A DNA stretch of 64,000 bases, from positions 4,408,339-4,472,338 of the forward strand of contig CAJINV010000006.1 in assembly GCA_905178155.1 (NCBI GenBank), read 5' to 3'. The stretch comes from Amoebophrya sp. A120. Lineage: Eukaryota > Protista > Dinoflagellata. Positions within the stretch are counted from its first letter, which is position 1; the number at the start of each line of letters is the position of its first letter. The translations under genes and the position numbers were made by a program. The notes under the pieces were generated by a model that saw only the letters and a program-made list of their open reading frames with translations, did no database searches and was not told the DNA's origin. Of the stretch, positions 1 to 13,564 are shown piece by piece.

Positions 1-2
1 CT

Positions 3-324
3 TATCAAAATGAAAAATCCCCCCTCCCCATATCAAAACGGAAATTTGTGATGCTGATTTGTGGCCACAAATCAGCTTTGTATTGCACAGAGGCACTGCG
101 GCCAGATCCCCAGGCTAGGTAGGGGCGTATGGGTCTAGTAGTTCAGCATGGCAAACGGCCCCCATTTAGCCCCAACAGCATGGAAAATCGCTTCCATAAT
201 GGGGCGGAAGCTTCTGCCCTTGTCTTCTTGCAAGACAGATGTGATTTGTGGCCTCAAATCCGCAACGCAAATTTTTGGAAACATACCTTTTCAATATGGG
301 GAGGGGGGATTTTTCCTCTCAATA
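3..324. mobile_element. Introner family B
   Basis: TIR TATCAAAA..AAAAATCCCCCCTCCCCATAT; right repeat CTGCT. Confidence 0.85.
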
Positions 325-3300
325 CTGCTGGCTGCCCAACTACGCATACGCCACGTGTATGAGCTGAAGCGGTTGCCCGGACGAGGTCGGCCCATTGAGT
401 TGCGTAATATCAGTACACGTGCAGAAGGAGGAGGACCTAGCACAGCAGCAGTTGGCCAAGAAGTTGTAGAACAAGGCGAGGGGCAGCAGCAGCAGACGAC
501 CACGCAGCCTCCGACGGACAAGCTCAGCTTATACCATGCGACGAGCGGATATGGGAGTGTCAGGACCGAAATCGACAAAATCGAAAAATTTGTAATGCGT
601 AAAATTATGTAGGGCCCAAAAAAAGGCCTGTGTTGGAGAGGAGGCAAATGAGACCGATTGCAAGCCTGTTTAGCCCTAAACATGTACTGCCAGAGTAGCA
701 TGAGAGGCGCAGTCTTCTTTGCCCAAACAGCATGACAGACTGGATTTTGGTGCTCCCAAAATTTGTCATGCGCCACCTAGAAACTGAGGCTCCAAGTGGT
801 ATCGATTTTATGCATCACAGATTTTTTCGATTTTGTTGATTTCGATCCTGACACCCCCATAGCGGACAAGTAGAACAGGATCTACGACTTCAAGGGATGT
901 TATGGATTGTAAAAATGTCTGGGTCTCCTGGAAGATTCTAAACTTGTAGTGCTGTCTCTGGATTCTAAAAAAATTTGTATTGCATGACCAGCAAAAGGAC
1001 TCCAGTTTGTGCTACGTGGAGAGGGCATTTCTCATGCGGTAGAGGCATCACAAAGTACTCTAAAAATCTGTGATGCTAGGGCATGCATCACAGATCGATC
1101 CTGGATCATTCAAAATATGCATGACAAACCCGGCAATCTTCCAGACCCAGACATTTTTCCATTTGACAGATGTTGAAGAGTGACGATAGCAGAGGTAGTA
1201 CTTCTTCTGCCCACAACGCGTCGGCAGCTAACCTTTTGAAGATGCGGAGGACTTCTAGTACTGCGTCAGCTGCTGAACAAGACCGGGAACAACTACAGCA
1301 TCCTCCTTTGGAGCAGGAACAACGACACGTTCATCCTCTTCACTTTGACCCAGAAAATCGTAAAACTTTGCGACAAAAAAGTGGAGACCACACTATGGAC
1401 GACGAGGACAATAAATTCGTTCCCTGGCAAACCGAATTTCTGGAGCGCATGAGAAACCAAGTTCTACTTTCCGGTGGTTCACCTCGCTCGATGCACACCG
1501 CCGCGGACATTCTTCAGCAAAGACTGCAACTGCAGCAAGCCGATGACCTGCAAGCCGATCTAGATCTTTCGCAGTTGAGCAATTTACACCTTTCGTCCCC
1601 TCCTGCTCCTGCGGGGACGTCGAGCAGGGCTGTTGCATCTTCTCCTGCTCCTGCGGGGACCACGAGCAGGGCTGTTGCCCCGGTGGAGCAGGAGGAAGAT
1701 GAAGATCCTCCTGCAGGTGTTCCTGATAGTCCCATGATCAGGCAGGAACACAAGATGCGTCGGCGACAAAGCGGTAACCTTGGAGAGATATTGCGAGGTC
1801 AGGCTGTTGCTGAGAAGACAGCAAGGGAAATAAAACACGTGCTGCAACGATCGTCGTCGTCCAGCAGGTTGGAAGCAGTTGGAGAAAATGGAACAGAAAG
1901 AATGGACGTTTTTCGAGATACCGCTGCTTTACCAGACGAGTTCGCGCTAGAGCAACATCCTAGAAGTTGTACAACAGCGGAGAGGATGAAAATGGACGAT
2001 ATGATCAGCGGCGCACCAGGAGACTTGAGCGGTCTGATTATACCAGGGGGTCATCGTGGTACAACTGGGCGCGCAGCAGCCTGGATACAACAACCAGTTC
2101 TTCCACCCGACGAATTGCAAAAAGAACTACAGGAGGGACAACAAACTCAGATATGCTGTGTAAAAACGACGTCCCCATCACCATCTTTCCAGAGTTGTCA
2201 TGCAAATCTGCAAGTGCTTGAAATGTTTCTCATGCGAGCTGCCCCATGAGACGAGTTTTCTATATTGTATTTTGGAATTCGAATTTGTGATGCTCGAATC
2301 AGCAAGATCAGTGATGCTGCTCTTCAAACAGGATTACAACTTACAATACTAGGCCAAAGAACAACTTGTCATGCGCAGCAGCTGCCAATAGCAGACGTCT
2401 TGACTCTGGGAAGATGGGGACGGTTTATTTCCTCACAATATCTGGGGCAAGAACTTCTACTGCGCGAAAGTGGTCGTGGCTTTTCGGCCGACGGTCGCGC
2501 TGCTCGGGCGACGTCAAAAGATATTCAGCATGATGTAGAGCAAGTTCTGGACCCAAATTCTACAAGTCAGCACCAGGCCTTCTCCTACTCCGGTGGCGCT
2601 CTGGGCGCAGCAGCAGGACCACCTACCGGACTGAATAGAGGTAGTTCTCAGGATGCTCATGCTGCTCGTGATGAACCGCAGAAAATCACAGACCTAACGG
2701 GAGACTACCGTAGTACCAGCGGACGTGGTCTTGTCAGCCAGTCGAACCTGCTGTGGGCCCGGTTCTCCCCAGATAACTGCTGGAGGCAAATCGTTGTATC
2801 AAATGCAAAAATGTCTGGGTCTGGAAAAGTTCAAACTTGTCATGCAGATTTTCCATGACCCATGAGGTCTGGAATGCGGGACTTAGCATGACAGACTCTG
2901 TGAGGTCTCTGCCATGCCTATCCTGCATGAGAAACTCCCTTCCAACTTGGTCAAAAGTGGACAGCTTTTGGCACTCATGCAACACAGATTTTTGCATGCT
3001 TCAGATTTACCATGACAATTTGCCGCCTTCCAGACCCAGACATTTTTACAGTTGATACGTTGAGAGCGCAAACCAGGACCCGGCTGGCGCTCCTACTTCA
3101 TCCGCTGCAAGAGCCGTCGAGAAGAAAGAGGACACGCAAAACAAGCTGCAAAAACCGGGTCTGCCGAAGATTTTTAAAACTCTGACCGAAGAAAATGTGA
3201 AAATGTGGCAGGAACAAATGATGAAGCACAGCAGCAGCAATTCGGGCAGGGACGATCATGACCAGTACAAGGATATCAAATGCAAATATCGATAGTCTGG

Positions 3301-6240
3301 GCCTGGGAGGATCCGAACTTGTGATGCAGCCTGTTTCGGATCCTACAAAGATCTGTGATGCATAACGTGCAAAGAGGGCATAGCATTTCTCTGTGCCCAC
3401 TTCTCCGAGAAGAGACTCGCCATGCTGAGAGGGCATTTCATCTTATGCAGAACACGACGCATCACCAAGGAGCTGCAGAACCTGTGATGCTAGGCCCTGC
3501 ATTTTTCCAGACGTGGGGGCGCTTGGAAAATAAACTGCATGACAAATCTGGGAATTATCTCCCAGACCCAGACACAACTTTTGCAGTTGATAAAGGAAGA
3601 TCAGCTGCAAAAACAGCTTTGGCAATACAAGCAAGGCGCGGCGGGTGGTAATTATGGCTTCTTGTCAGGAGCACTGCACCCAGAAGACCACGAAGATCCC
3701 TGGACTGCCGCTCTTTTTTCGGAACAACAAGGTCTGACACCGGCGCAAGTAGGAGCGAGTGGAGACGATGAACACCAGCAGCAGGAGGCACAGCGCGATC
3801 GGGCGACTACACGAGGTGAAACTGCAGGAGGACTTCTAAAAGGGTCTACTGTCGTGGGAGGTGCTTTCGCAGGGACATCTTCAATGCAAGCACCGGGGGC
3901 TCCTGCTCCTCCGAGTGCCGTACCACGGGCAGGAAGCTTGTCCGCTTTGGCGCGAGGTGGACCTTTACAACATCAACAATCCCGCCGCGATGTAGCTTTG
4001 GACCCCCGGATTGCGTTCGATACTCGCATAGCAGAAGCGGCTCGACGAGGTATCCTGTGTAAAAACATCCCCACACCAGAGTCAGGATGGGGATTTTGCA
4101 ACACAAGCGTAGGAGTTTTGTGAGTCACGCATGACAAGTTGCACTCCGCAGTGTAGTGCAGGTTAGCAAGTGCAGCCGCATCACAGATTCATCTGCTCAT
4201 CCTGTTCACAGCATCACAAATTCCAAAATACGATTAGAAATGGCTCTCATGGGGATGCGCATTACAAGTCTTCCTGTCTTNCTTCCAGACCCAGACATTT
4301 TTACAGTTGATACGTTGAGAGCGCAAACCAGGACCCGGCTGGCGCTCCTACTTCATCCGCTGCAAGAGCCGTCGAGAAGAAAGAGGACACGCAAAACAAG
4401 CTGCAAAAACCGGGTCTGCCGAAGATTTTTAAAACTCTGACCGAAGAAAATGTGAAAATGTGGCAGGAACAAATGATGAAGCACAGCAGCAGCAATTCGG
4501 GCAGGGACGATCATGACCAGTACAAGGATATCAAATGCAAATATCGATAGTCTGGGCCTGGGAGGATCCGAACTTGTGATGCAGCCTGTTTCGGATCCTA
4601 CAAAGATCTGTGATGCATAACGTGCAAAGAGGGCATAGCATTTCTCTGTGCCCACTTCTCCGAGAAGAGACTCGCCATGCTGAGAGGGCATTTCATCTTA
4701 TGCAGAACACGACGCATCACCAAGGAGCTGCAGAACCTGTGATGCTAGGCCCTGCATTTTTCCAGACGTGGGGGCGCTTGGAAAATAAACTGCATGACAA
4801 ATCTGGGAATTATCTCCCAGACCCAGACACAACTTTTGCAGTTGATAAAGGAAGATCAGCTGCAAAAACAGCTTTGGCAATACAAGCAAGGCGCGGCGGG
4901 TGGTAATTATGGCTTCTTGTCAGGAGCACTGCACCCAGAAGACCACGAAGATCCCTGGACTGCCGCTCTTTTTTCGGAACAACAAGGTCTGACACCGGCG
5001 CAAGTAGGAGCGAGTGGAGACGATGAACACCAGCAGCAGGAGGCACAGCGCGATCGGGCGACTACACGAGGTGAAACTGCAGGAGGACTTCTAAAAGGGT
5101 CTACTGTCGTGGGAGGTGCTTTCGCAGGGACATCTTCAATGCAAGCACCGGGGGCTCCTGCTCCTCCGAGTGCCGTACCACGGGCAGGAAGCTTGTCCGC
5201 TTTGGCGCGAGGTGGACCTTTACAACATCAACAATCCCGCCGCGATGTAGCTTTGGACCCCCGGATTGCGTTCGATACTCGCATAGCAGAAGCGGCTCGA
5301 CGAGGTATCCTGTGTAAAAACATCCCCACACCAGAGTCAGGATGGGGATTTTGCAACACAAGCGTAGGAGTTTTGTGAGTCACGCATGACAAGTTGCACT
5401 CCGCAGTGTAGTGCAGGTTAGCAAGTGCAGCCGCATCACAGATTCATCTGCTCATCCTGTTCACAGCATCACAAATTCCAAAATACGATTAGAAATGGCT
5501 CTCATGGGGATGCGCATTACAAGTCTTCCTGTCTTTGCAAATCTGCACTACGGGGACGTTTTTATTCAGGATACGAGGGGCAGATCACTACGCAGAAGCC
5601 GCAGCAGGAGCAGCTGCACAGCTTGAGCAAGACGATCGGTTATTTCCCCACGACGACCACGACTCCCCTGAGCGGAGACAAGCCGTGGACCCTGGCAGGC
5701 TGAGTTGTATAAGCGATCGGAGCCGCAGCGCCCGGCTGAGGCCAGTGGATCTTGCCAGGGGACGGGGGGTGCCCCCGGGATACCCTGATCCGAGCCCATT
5801 CTTGAAAAGCATGAGCGGCTGCAGTCCGGATATGATGCACTGCACGAGCATGCAAGGAACCCCGCAGCAGCCTGATGGAGCCAGAAATAAATGGTCGTCT
5901 GAACAAGGGTATGAAATGCAAAAATGTCTGGGTCTGGAAGAATGCCAGGTTTGTCATGCATATGTTGCATGACACACTATGCCTGTAATGCATGGCCTAG
6001 CATCGCAGATTTTCATTTGGCTTCCTGATGCGTATTCCGCATGAGAAATGCCCTTCCCGGATAGCGCAAACTGGACTCCTCTTGCTGGTCATGCAATGCA
6101 GAACTTTTTAGAATCCAAAGACAGCATCACAAGTTTGTATTCTTCCAGACCCAGACATTTTTGCATTTCATAAAGGGCTGCAGGCAGGTGGTCTGGAGGG
6201 GCTCTTGCCTTTCAGCTTGCCTAGCGCCGATACTGACTAG
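325..6240 (+). CDS. 5'-partial spliced gene, low-complexity protein of unknown function (8 unique introner introns; 4282-5535 probably assembly duplication)
   Basis: Removing each element plus one 5-bp repeat joins ORF-track frames 148, 1170, 2265, 3539 and 5535 (e.g. ATG T|TG AAG; AAG GA|A GAT); ends LPSADTD-TAG at 6238-6240. No family recognised. Confidence 0.75.
550..861. mobile_element. Introner family E
   Basis: TIR TATGGG.GTGTCAGGA.CGAAATC; DR GCGGA. Confidence 0.9.
901..1168. mobile_element. Introner family A
   Basis: TIR core AAAAATGTCTGGGTCT; DR GATGT. Confidence 0.9.
2152..2440. mobile_element. Introner family C, diverged
   Basis: TAT..ATA ends, degenerate DR TCAGA/TCTGG, frame restored. 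Confidence 0.75.
2797..3057. mobile_element. Introner family A
   Basis: A TIR; DR CGTTG. Confidence 0.9.
3027..5535. repeat. 1.25-kb duplication across N at 4281 (probable assembly overlap)
   Basis: 3027-4280 repeated at 4282-5535; both breakpoints lie mid-introner. Confidence 0.8.
3274..3592. mobile_element. Introner family A (duplicate at 4529-4847)
   Basis: DR AAGGA. Confidence 0.85.
5306..5573. mobile_element. Introner family C (partial duplicate 4051-4280)
   Basis: TIR TATCCTG.GTAAAAAC..CCC; DR CGAGG. Confidence 0.9.
5910..6172. mobile_element. Introner family A
   Basis: DR AAGGG. Confidence 0.9.
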
Positions 6241-9011
6241 AGGTTTAGAAAGATAAGAACTCGACGTGCGGGCGGCTTTTTGGTCGTGTATAGCGCAGCT
6301 ATACTAATGTCTATACGTCTGCTCATCTTCCTAATTTTTGGGGAAGATTTTTTATTCGACACTTTTATTACTGTTTTTTTCAGCCTTGAAAATAAATCGA
6401 GCGTAGTTCATCTTTATGATATTTTTATCACTGGTTTCAAAATAGTACGTAAAATCGCAGAGAACAGTAGAGCTATGACAAGCAGTTTTTTCTTTTTCCA
6501 AAAAATCCAAAAAATGCGGCATCCAATTTTTCCAATATTAATCACATAAACGAGAATGCTCGACCACGTAACCGTGGCGGGGCCACGCAGCTACAAAAGT
6601 CCAAAAAATGAATAACGGGACAACTCGAGGAAGGTAGCGCGTACTTGTTGAGCTACTAAATTTTTTGACGGGAGGACGAGGACGAGATCTGCTTCCGTAT
6701 TAAATGAACAGAAATGGCACAAATGTAGAACGTCAAAAGAGCGCCAGTGCGGCGCTCGTTCTTTTTTTTTACTTTTATTCTCACGCTAGTTTATTGTTTC
6801 TCTTGATTTTTGAAGACTCTGACTCCCCTTTTGCTATCCAAAGCTACTTGATGCTGTGTAAAAGATTTTTTTACACGATCATGTAGCTGTACGACTGTCC
6901 TCGCCTCGCACTATCGACATTTAATGAAGTAACGTGGTTTCCAATTATTCCGTTTCATCTTCAACTTCATGACTATAATATCAGCACGTGAAAACATAAT
7001 TATACGTAGACCAAACTACTTCTACTACAAAATCGGTGACTGAGTTGTATTAAGCTGCGTAAGGCAAGTGCGTCGTGGTAGTCAGTTATACGACGCTGGT
7101 CTTTAACAAGAATGCATCAGTTACAGTATGATCTGCTATCGGCACTACATTCACGATCCGCACTTTTTATCCTTGCCTGTTTCTGCTGCTCTACCTGTAG
7201 CAGGCCGCGTCAAGATGGACGTAGGTTATTTCGTTTTGACTTTGAGTGAGAAATTTATTTTAGCGAGGAGGATGACAGCAGGAAGAAAGAATCGGATGAG
7301 GAGACATTTCTCCTTGCTGTTGTACCTCCGATGAAGGAAGCGAAACTTCGATGAAAGAAGTGATGAAAAAAAATAATTATGATCACTTCAACCTAGTAGG
7401 GCTGGAAGCAGCTATGCGGACAATTGATATCTGATAGCCTTTTTCACGCTATCTCCCCCTGATTTTTGTCCGCCCGCACTAGATGGTCATAATTTAGTTC
7501 TTGAAAGTTCCGCATCCGCACGCACGAGAACACACTATGTCATGGATGACAGCAGCAAAAAGGATAGCACTCCCGCGATTCAATATAAATCTTGCGCCTT
7601 TATTAATATTTGCTGTTGCCGACTGCTGTTATAAGTTACCGTGGTTTAGTGCCACCTTTTCAATTTCTTCTCACTCGCATGATGTGAACATCTCCTCCGC
7701 AAAAAACCGAATACCGACCACGTCTGGTGACCACGGGTAGAAGTAGCTGTTTGTATTATTTCTAAAAGTGAATAGAATACCGACATGTAAATATAGAAAA
7801 CATTTTTTTCATCTTGAATTGTACCGATATTAGAAGTGCGAGGCAGGATAGAACCACGTAAAATATAGAGAGTGATTAGAAGAGATTTTGTGCGACTTTA
7901 ATATTCCACTGCCTGGAAGATGATCTTTTGCGTCAAGACCATGTAGTACCATGTTGTAAAAAAACAAAAAGTTCTAACCGAGTTTCAACGAACTGCCAAA
8001 TATAGCGAACTGACACTTTGACTTTTGAAGATCAACTTCCCGAAGAGCTGCCAGCAGGTATTAGGGGATCGATGAAAAGCAAGCGACATCAGAAAAAAAC
8101 GCCAGCACAACAGTCTTCCCCAGGCCGCTTGTGAATTCTGTAATTTTATTCAAGAAGCAGAGCCACTATCTACAGGCTGTACAACTACAACCGCGAAGGA
8201 ATATAATTACACCGTAGCATAATTTTTACTTCAGTGTAAACAAAGAAAAAGATTTAGAGGACTCACCATTTTTTCGAGCCGGATGTTGAGCAGTTGCTTG
8301 GCATGATACGGACATCGAAATTGAAGCTGCCTTACTGTAAATAGACTTTATAATTTTGCAACAAGACAGAAGGTCACTCGCCAAGGGTCTAGACGAGCAA
8401 AAAGCCGCGAGCTACTGAGACAAGAGCACGAAAATTAGGGGCCCATGTAGTCTGATGCAATGACGATAATGTGACCACGACATTAGATTTTTGTGGTATG
8501 AAGAAAACTTATTTGGATTTTTTTATCCGGAATTAATGTGTATTTACTAATATCGTTGTAAATTCCAATTACATGATTCGGCGAGGCTACTGTGTTTTTA
8601 GTCTCAACCAGCTTCCATCAAAATCTAATGAGGCGCAGTAGACCTCCACTTCTATGTGTATGTCTACAACTTTTTGATCATTGTGTTGTCGACTGCGTGG
8701 TAAAGACAAACAAAAAACTTTTTGTTCAGGTACTTAAATGCGACCCGCTCCACAAGGTCGGTTGTCCGCAGAATTATTGGACCACGGTGCCAGGCCCGTT
8801 TCTTTTTTGACCCTTTTTGGTCAAAAAGAACCAGCCACAGCGAATCCTTATCGGAGCACTGAGTAAGAAGTACTTGGAGACATAGTATGAACCAAGAGGC
8901 GACGGATATTTATGATTAGCTATGATACCATATGACAGTGCACAACTCCCCGTCCCCCTGATTAATATTTACATTGCTTGACTTCCGGGTTCTGGTACGG
9001 CATACCCCCGG

Positions 9012-9188
9012 CGACAGGTGACCTCGACAGGTGACCTCGACAGGTGACCCCGACAGGTGACCTCGACAGGTGACATCGACAGGTGGCCTCGACAGGTGAC
9101 CTTGACAGGTGACCTTGACAGGTGACCTGGACAGGTGACCTGGACAGGTGACCTGGACAGGTGGCCGCGACAGGTGACGACGACAGGC
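9012..9188. repeat. 13-bp tandem repeat CGACAGGTGACCT, ~13 copies
   Basis: Directly visible. Confidence 0.95.
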
Positions 9189-9478
9189 GGGGCGAGAGGA
9201 TAAATCACAGGCGAGGTCAACGCCTGCGCTCATGTCGTTCTTGACGTGAAAAGCAAATATTTGCGACACAGAAAATGAAAAAGATAAAAGCGCAAAAAAA
9301 AAAACTGCGACGTCGCAGAAAATGGAAAATATCAAAGCGCAAAAACACAAAATGCCCCCACACAGAAAGAAGTTTTTGCGCTGCCATGCAAAAATGAAAA
9401 AGTGCGTATCTCTGCAATGCACGCCCAGGAGACGGCTTATATATGATGACGAGGCAGCACCTATTTCATCCTTTTGCC

Positions 9479-10679
9479 AGTAGCGCTTCGCGCACTAAGC
9501 CACCATGCGCGCGCCTGGTGTGAGGTGAAGGGCGGACGCTGTCCGCCCCGATGGCGAACACCCTTCCCCCACTAGCGTTTCGCGCACTAAGCCACTATGC
9601 GCGCGCCTGGTGTGAGGCGAGGGGCGGACGCTGTCCGCCCCGATGGCGAACACCCTTCCCCCACTAGCGTTTCGCGCACTAAGCCACTATGCGCGCGCCT
9701 GGTGTGAGGCGAGGGGCGGACGCTGTCCGCCCCGATGGCGAACACCCTTCCCCCACTAGCGTTTCGCGCACTAAGCCACTATGCGCGCGCCTGGTGTGAG
9801 GCGAGGGGCGGACGCTGTCCGCCCCGATGGCGAACACCCTTCCCCCACTAGCGTTTCGCGCACTAAGCCACTATGCGCGCGCCTGGTGTGAGGCGAGGGG
9901 CGGACGCTGTCCGCCCCGATGGCGAACACCCTTCCCCCACTAGCGTTTCGCGCACTAAGCCACTATGCGCGCGCCTGGTGTGAGGCGAGGGGCGGACGCT
10001 GTCCGCCCCGATGGCGAACACCCTTCCCCCACTAGCGTTTCGCGCACTAAGCCACTATGCGCGCGCCTGGTGTGAGGCGAGGGGCGGACGCTGTCCGCCC
10101 CGATGGCGAACACCCTTCCCCCACTAGCGTTTCGCGCACTAAGCCACTATGCGCGCGCCTGGTGTGAGGCGAGGGGCGGACGCTGTCCGCCCCGATGGCG
10201 AACACCCTTCCCCCACTAGCGTTTCGCGCACTAAGCCACTATGCGCGCGCCTGGTGTGAGGCGAGGGGCGGACGCTGTCCGCCCCGATGGCGAACACCCT
10301 TCCCCCACTAGCGTTTCGCGCACTAAGCCACTATGCGCGCGCCTGGTGTGAGGCGAGGGGCGGACGCTGTCCGCCCCGATGGCGAACACCCTTCCCCCAC
10401 TAGCGTTTCGCGCACTAAGCCACTATGCGCGCGCCTGGTGTGAGGCGAGGGGCGGACGCTGTCCGCCCCGATGGCGAACACCCTTCCCCCACTAGCGTTT
10501 CGCGCACTAAGCCACTATGCGCGCGCCTGGTGTGAGGCGAGGGGCGGACGCTGTCCGCCCCGATGGCGAACACCCTTCCCCCACTAGCGTTTCGCGCACT
10601 AAGCCACTATGCGCGCGTCTGGTGTGAGGCGAGGGGCGGACGCTGTCCGCCCCGATGGCGAACACCCTTCCCCCACTAG
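9479..10679. repeat. 92-bp tandem repeat, 13 near-identical copies
   Basis: ACTAGC recurs at 9571, 9663, 9755 etc.; the unit contains hairpin GGGGCGGAC-gct-GTCCGCCCC. Confidence 0.95.
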
Positions 10680-12120
10680 AGCCACTAAGGACGGGCACAA
10701 GGCCCCAGCGTGGGGACCCTGTCCCCACGCGTGGGTCTTGTTTGTCATGCAAAATACTCAGTCCACCCTTTGCCTCTTGGCACTGTTTGCATGACAAGTT
10801 CTGGTAGCCCAAATAGCACTACACTCCACGTGCAAATTTGTCATGCAGAACCGGCATTCTTGCTGATCCTGATGCTTGTATTGCCGTTCATGCTATACAA
10901 ATGAGGGGGAGGGGGAGTTGTGCACTCTCATATACCAAGTACGATCCAAGAGGCGACGGATATTTATGATTAGCTACGATACCAAGTATGCATCAAACTA
11001 CAGTGCGACGAGTCTTAATTCTACTAAAACAATCCGGCTCTGATGCTGGAGTAAATTATACTTAAAACACCTCCGAAGAACTTGTAGTGTGGTTAGGGAG
11101 GAGGTGGATCCATCGTGATTTACAACTTTTCTATCGAAGCGGTTATGAGGCGGAAACCATAGGAAGTCCGGATCGAGGCACTGACTAACTACTTGGAAAC
11201 ATATATCAAANTAGAGCCACTAAGGACGGGCACAAGGCCCCAGCGTGGGGACCCTGTCCCCACGCGTGGGTCTTGTTTGTCATGCAAAATACTCAGTCCA
11301 CCCTTTGCCTCTTGGCACTGTTTGCATGACAAGTTCTGGTAGCCCAAATAGCACTACACTCCACGTGCAAATTTGTCATGCAGAACCGGCATTCTTGCTG
11401 ATCCTGATGCTTGTATTGCCGTTCATGCTATACAAATGAGGGGGAGGGGGAGTTGTGCACTCTCATATACCAAGTACGATCCAAGAGGCGACGGATATTT
11501 ATGATTAGCTACGATACCAAGTATGCATCAAACTACAGTGCGACGAGTCTTAATTCTACTAAAACAATCCGGCTCTGATGCTGGAGTAACTTATACTTAA
11601 AACACCTCTTAAGAACTTGTAGTGTGGTTAGGGAGGAGGTGGATCCATCGTGATTTACAACTTTTCTATCGAAGCGGTTATGAGGCGGAAACCATAGGAA
11701 GTCCGGATCGAGGCACTGACTAACTACTTGGAAACATATATCAAATGCAAAAATGTCTGGGTCTGGAAGAATGCAAGTTTGTCATGCTTGTCTGGCATGA
11801 CTCGAGAATCTGTGTTGCATAGGCACGAAAGAGCCCTCTTTACTGTCACGCGAAAAGGCAGTTTGCCTTTGCCATGCGGAATACTCAAGACATGGCAGCC
11901 ACAAAATTTGTCATGCTTATCTGCGTACCGCGGCGCGTCTATCATTCACTTTTAACATTACAAGTTTCCAGACCCAGACATGTTTCCATTTGATAACATA
12001 GTATGATCCAAGAGGCGACGGATNCCGCGGCGCGTCTATCATTCACTTTTAACATTACAAGTTTCCAGACCCAGACATGTTTCCATTTGATAACATAGTA
12101 TGATCCAAGAGGCGACGGAT
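10677..12120. repeat. Duplications across Ns at 11211 (534 bp) and 12024 (96 bp), probable assembly overlaps
   Basis: 10677-11210 ~ 11212-11745 (a few SNPs); 11928-12023 = 12025-12120. Confidence 0.7.
11739..11995. mobile_element. Introner family A
   Basis: DR ACATA. Confidence 0.9.
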
Positions 12121-13564
12121 ATTTATGATTAGCTACGATACCAAGTATGCATCAAACTACAGTGCGACGAGTCTTAATTCCATAAACGATCCTCCGGCTA
12201 CTTTGATGCTGGAGTAAATACTTACTTAAAACAAAAAACTACACCTAGGTGTAGTTTCGGACCACGATGAGGGGGCGAGCAGGTGAATCCATGTATGGAT
12301 CACATTGACTGCTCTATCGAACTACAAGCGGATATGAGGTGGAAGATCTTGCAGAAGCGGAGCCGTTATGCTATTGGTTTTTTCGAAAAACAAAGCCACA
12401 CGACACGACACGACACATGAAAGGTTCTTATCAAGAAATACAAAGAAGTTAAGAAAAACTTTGGAGTTCTTCTTGCTGATAGCCATGGCTGTTGTAAGAA
12501 GTACTAGCTGTGCTTTAGCGCTATCTTCTGTAGTGATGTGGAAGTAGCGCCATGAGAGAAAAATTATAGCGCCACCTGTGATAGTCTTCGTCTTCACTGA
12601 AGCCGCTTGGAGCTCCAAGATTTTGAAGTCGGAGAAGGATTTTGTTTCGATCTGGGAAGAAAAAAAGCACTTTGTGGTCCCTCTTCGTGATCATGCGCAT
12701 CGAGAGGCACCTACTGCCTTGTGGCATCGTCCAAAAGCTAATTTATACTTTGTTCCACACAGACCGTGCCCGTTCCGAGATCAGCATAGGTTCATCTCCT
12801 CTTCTTTGGATAGTATTCCACAAACACATGAATAGCCCGGCTCTAGTACTCATCTCACAAGATCCTCGAAATGTACTTGGATCAGAATTATTCAACAAGA
12901 TCAAGAGACAGCCCGATCGTCAGAAAAGAGATGAGCGTGAGATCCGCTGGAAAATCTTCGCAAGAGATCGACAATAAGATAGATCGTCCCTAATAGATCC
13001 TTTATTTCAAGAATTTTCGAACGAGCTGGCCTGTGGTTCATCTCCGCGACAAAATGTCTTTGCAAAAACGAGGCAAAGAGCCTCGATTTACATACCACGA
13101 TTAGGTGATTTAGATTTTTTGTTTGTCTCCAAAAATTCAGTTGAAGCAGGTCATCGTAGCTTGCTGATACCATATTACATCAAAGCTTTCCAAAAATATC
13201 CTCAATTGCTTTAGGTTAGTCTTGTAATCTATTAGTTTTTTCGAGCCACAGCTTTTTTATGTTCTTTGGCCTTACCGCTTTCCTTTTGCATTTATTGCAT
13301 ACGTTTTCTCGTCAAAAAACAAAAAGTAGTCATATAGCGCGACAATAGCTTCTTTTTGTACTATCGAGCGATAAACATAAAACGATTCATAATTTTCTTC
13401 AAAACGGCCACTGCGTCAATCGGTGACTGATAGCACTAGTAATTCTCGAGCGAGTTGTAGTTCCCAACTTCTAGAGCTTCGCTTCTGAAGTTGTACAAGA
13501 AACTTTCACTACTTTTATTTCATTTACGAGTAGTTACAAAGTCTAAATATCGAAAAAAAAAAAA

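Larger units (their letters stand above)
8962..10740 (+). mobile_element. Non-autonomous Helitron-like element carrying minisatellites, nested in an introner
   Basis: Starts A|TTAAT; ends with hairpin GCGTGGGGA-ccctg-TCCCCACGC (10708-10730) then GTGGGTCTTG|T; no TSD; the flanks rejoin into a family-H introner like 45644-45872. Confidence 0.6.
8931..10932. mobile_element. Introner family H with 1.8-kb nested insert
   Basis: TIR TATGA.AGTGCACAACTCCCC; DR TACCA. Confidence 0.85.

Noticed and set aside
2734-3071. Recurrent ORF peptides such as KCKNVWVWK, FQTQTFLHL and LPDPDIF as a protein repeat family
   Set aside because: They are translations of the family-A TIR in different frames.
3027-5535. 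Real tandem exon duplication
   Set aside because: Copies look identical and are joined by a single N in mid-element, typical of an unmerged contig overlap. The same applies to the Ns at 11211 and 12024, although the first pair has a few SNPs.
9479-10679. CRISPR array
   Set aside because: Units are identical end to end with no unique spacers; eukaryotic context and no cas genes.
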